From contig CAWDLW010000026.1 in the NCBI GenBank assembly GCA_963803145.1, positions 1 through 64,000 on the forward strand: DNA of 64,000 bases. The letters are read 5' to 3'. How positions within the stretch are numbered: position 1 is the stretch's first letter; every line of letters starts with the position of its first letter. Positions 61,909 through 64,000 of the stretch are shown here, piece after piece. This DNA comes from Methanotrichaceae archaeon (GTDB taxonomy: Archaea > Halobacteriota > Methanosarcinia > Methanotrichales > Methanotrichaceae). A program made the translations under genes and the position numbers. Under the pieces are notes generated by a model. The model worked only from the letters and a program-made list of their open reading frames with translations. It was not told the DNA's origin and searched no databases.

Positions 61909-62079
61909 ATGATGAATAAGAGACTGATCTTCTGGCCTGAACCTTTTGTTATGGAATGCTCAGCGAAACCTATAGGCATCTGGAGAAGGTTGAAGTTAGC
62001 ATGGTCCTGCCTATTCAGAGAAGATGTACGCGGGCTATGCCTTCAAGCGCCCGAATGGGCTAGGGAGAGGGGAAAGTAG
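61909..62079 (+). CDS. Putative small 56-aa protein
   Basis: TTATATA box and GGGGA SD upstream; MMNKRLIFWPEPFVMECSAKPIGIWRRLKLAWSCLFREDVRGLCLQAPEWARERGK*. Confidence 0.45.
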   Translation: MMNKRLIFWPEPFVMECSAKPIGIWRRLKLAWSCLFREDVRGLCLQAPEWARERGK

Positions 62080-63265
62080 AGCTGCTTATTTTTTTATATT
62101 TCTCTTCGCTCTCCTGCGACTCCTGACCGATCATATACCTCATCACACCCAGTGTCAGGATATTCACGCCTAGCCCCAGCAGCCCGTAGAACTGATAATC
62201 GAAGAACGTAAAGACTTGGACAAAGAAGATATATATCAAGACCGAGTTTTTGAAATAGTTATAGGCTTTTAACCGGTCCTTTCTTATTCTGGATATCCCT
62301 GCCACGGCAAACATTCCTGCCAGAATGGTAAAGCCTATCTGCATCCAACCCATGATAGGAAGTGCCGGCAACTCTAAGCCAACAAACGAATCGGCTAGTG
62401 CGGATACCAGCATTAAAGTGGCCAAGACATAAAATACTCGTATCAATTTTGACTTTCTGGACTGAAACGATCTATAAATTCCCATGAGTATAACTGCAAT
62501 GATAGTCCAAAAGATTCCGTTGTAGATTCCGATTGTTAGATCCAGCGAGACCAAGAGCGATACCACTGCCTGGACTAAGAAAAAGCCCACTAGCACTTTG
62601 GTAAACCACCTCTTCTTAACTATGTCCTGGTAAAATCTGCGCGCCTGTCTCTTTGTCTGTGCATATATCCCAGGACCTTCCTCAGGCGCTGACTCTATTG
62701 TGCCCATGAGATCCTTAAGCGATTTTACAACAGGATCCAATTGATCGCTATCGGCAAGGAGATCCATGGATATCTGCTTCTCCCTCATATCCATGTTCTT
62801 GAGAACGGCCTCTTTGGAGATCTCCAGCACATTAATGAGCCTTTCCTCCTCAGTAAGCCACCTTCTGCTGTTGATTTTCTTTACAAGAGCATACAGAAGT
62901 ATAAATGTGACATATATCAGGCCAACTGTCGGCAGGAAGAAGTAGTTGTTATCGCTGGTTATAAACTTCCCTAGCTCATCGATGAAGGCGCCAAAGCCGA
63001 AACCGCCCAAGATAGCAGCCAGATTGCGTGCAGATCTGTTGAGGAAGGAGAGGAGGATCACAATGCCTATAAGCATAAATATTCCGCCGATGAGCACATG
63101 GGCAATATGAAGGCCATGGCCACCCACCTGCGGATAGCCGGTCATTGCCAGAAAGAAGCGTATGCCAAGGATAGAGGCTACTGCAGTGACCAGGAAAAGC
63201 TCGATGATGTTCTCTCCCTGGATGTCGCGAACAAACTGCCCATCTAAATAGCCGCGGGAACTCAT
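62060..63265 (-). CDS. Conserved multi-pass membrane protein
   Basis: GYPQVGG.GLHIAH.L.GG and GFG.FIDE.GKFITSDNNYF motifs, many TMs. Confidence 0.8.
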   Translation of the reverse strand: MSSRGYLDGQFVRDIQGENIIELFLVTAVASILGIRFFLAMTGYPQVGGHGLHIAHVLIGGIFMLIGIVILLSFLNRSARNLAAILGGFGFGAFIDELGKFITSDNNYFFLPTVGLIYVTFILLYALVKKINSRRWLTEEERLINVLEISKEAVLKNMDMREKQISMDLLADSDQLDPVVKSLKDLMGTIESAPEEGPGIYAQTKRQARRFYQDIVKKRWFTKVLVGFFLVQAVVSLLVSLDLTIGIYNGIFWTIIAVILMGIYRSFQSRKSKLIRVFYVLATLMLVSALADSFVGLELPALPIMGWMQIGFTILAGMFAVAGISRIRKDRLKAYNYFKNSVLIYIFFVQVFTFFDYQFYGLLGLGVNILTLGVMRYMIGQESQESEEKYKKISSSTFPSP

Positions 63266-63422
63266 CTACACCAAGTTTCTAAATTTAGTATTGATAAGTC
63301 TAATAAATATTTGTTGCGATTTGGAGAAAGTCTAGGATCATTCCCAGTAAAAGCCAGATAAATATGCTACAAGATGGTATCCAAGCATTATTGCAGGCAA
63401 AACTTCAATTTAAAGGTTTATG

Positions 63423-64000
63423 TCACGATATTATTTTGGCGTCATTTCCGATGATCAGTCTATCAAGTCTGCTAACCATTATCAAGAGCACTGCAGAAAC
63501 TGCCATACCCAGTAGAGGATATATCTGGCCGAAGAGCAGCGCCGTAGTACCCCCGCCAATAAGCGCAGCCAATGCACCATGCGGCGTAAGGCCGAGCTGC
63601 TTGTGATAAAAGCCTGCTATCACAGGAATAAGCATGCCATTTGTAAAGACTGTATAGACTATCAGGAGTGTTTTAATTATATTCGGCAGGGAGATCGCTA
63701 ATATTAGAGCCGAGAATCCAATCAATAAAACTCCAAGCCTTGAGATCGCCATCAGAACTCTCTCACTTGATTTTGGCTTGGCTTTCCTATAGATATCCAA
63801 TGTTAGGATTGATGTAGCTGTCATAAGGCTCGTATCTGCAGAAGACATAAAGGCTGCAAGAAGCGCCGCTGCTACTACACCAGCCATAGAAGGCGATAAA
63901 AGTCCTGTCATAAGCACAGGTATAGCCTGCTCTGGCGATATATTCGGGTAAATGGATCTCGCGAAAATGCCCAATGAAGTTATGAGGAACGCCAGAGGAA
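63423..64000 (-). CDS. Sodium:solute symporter, C-terminal part (runs off window)
   Basis: LAAFMSSADT...DIYR motif. Confidence 0.88.
   Translation of the reverse strand, partial: PLAFLITSLGIFARSIYPNISPEQAIPVLMTGLLSPSMAGVVAAALLAAFMSSADTSLMTATSILTLDIYRKAKPKSSERVLMAISRLGVLLIGFSALILAISLPNIIKTLLIVYTVFTNGMLIPVIAGFYHKQLGLTPHGALAALIGGGTTALLFGQIYPLLGMAVSAVLLIMVSRLDRLIIGNDAKIIS

Noticed and set aside
1-64000. tRNA, rRNA, integrase or provirus
   Set aside because: None recognised by eye; tRNAscan-SE and Infernal would be needed to exclude them formally

Overview
This 64-kb archaeal chromosomal window is most consistent with a Methanotrichaceae (Methanothrix/Methanosaeta-like) methanogen. The assignment is an inference from rps3Ae, mptA, kptA, a PGF-CTERM sorting signal and large families of secreted Ser/Thr/Gly-rich proteins. 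The first ~18 kb is a minus-strand island of secreted or surface proteins: a cupredoxin, beta-rich proteins, a putative papain-fold enzyme, a ~20%-Cys Dictyostelium/myxobacterial-type repeat protein and a pentapeptide-repeat membrane protein. Two island genes have ACG where the start codon should be. Three AT-rich IS elements are present (an IS4/IS5-like DDE element, IS5, IS630); two of them visibly truncate genes. Housekeeping and metabolic genes include rubrerythrin, uvrA, mtnP, rps3Ae, mptA, kptA, aroE, tyrA, an aguB-aguA fusion, tex and csp. There are several decayed pseudogenes and three small ORFs missed by the ORF track. Non-coding structure includes a REP-like GC-rich element in inverted copies around an aldo/keto reductase gene, a dispersed 23-nt motif, a bulged long hairpin and a 7-bp microsatellite. 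I recognised no rRNA, tRNA or CRISPR array. All calls come from reading the sequence; no database searches were run.
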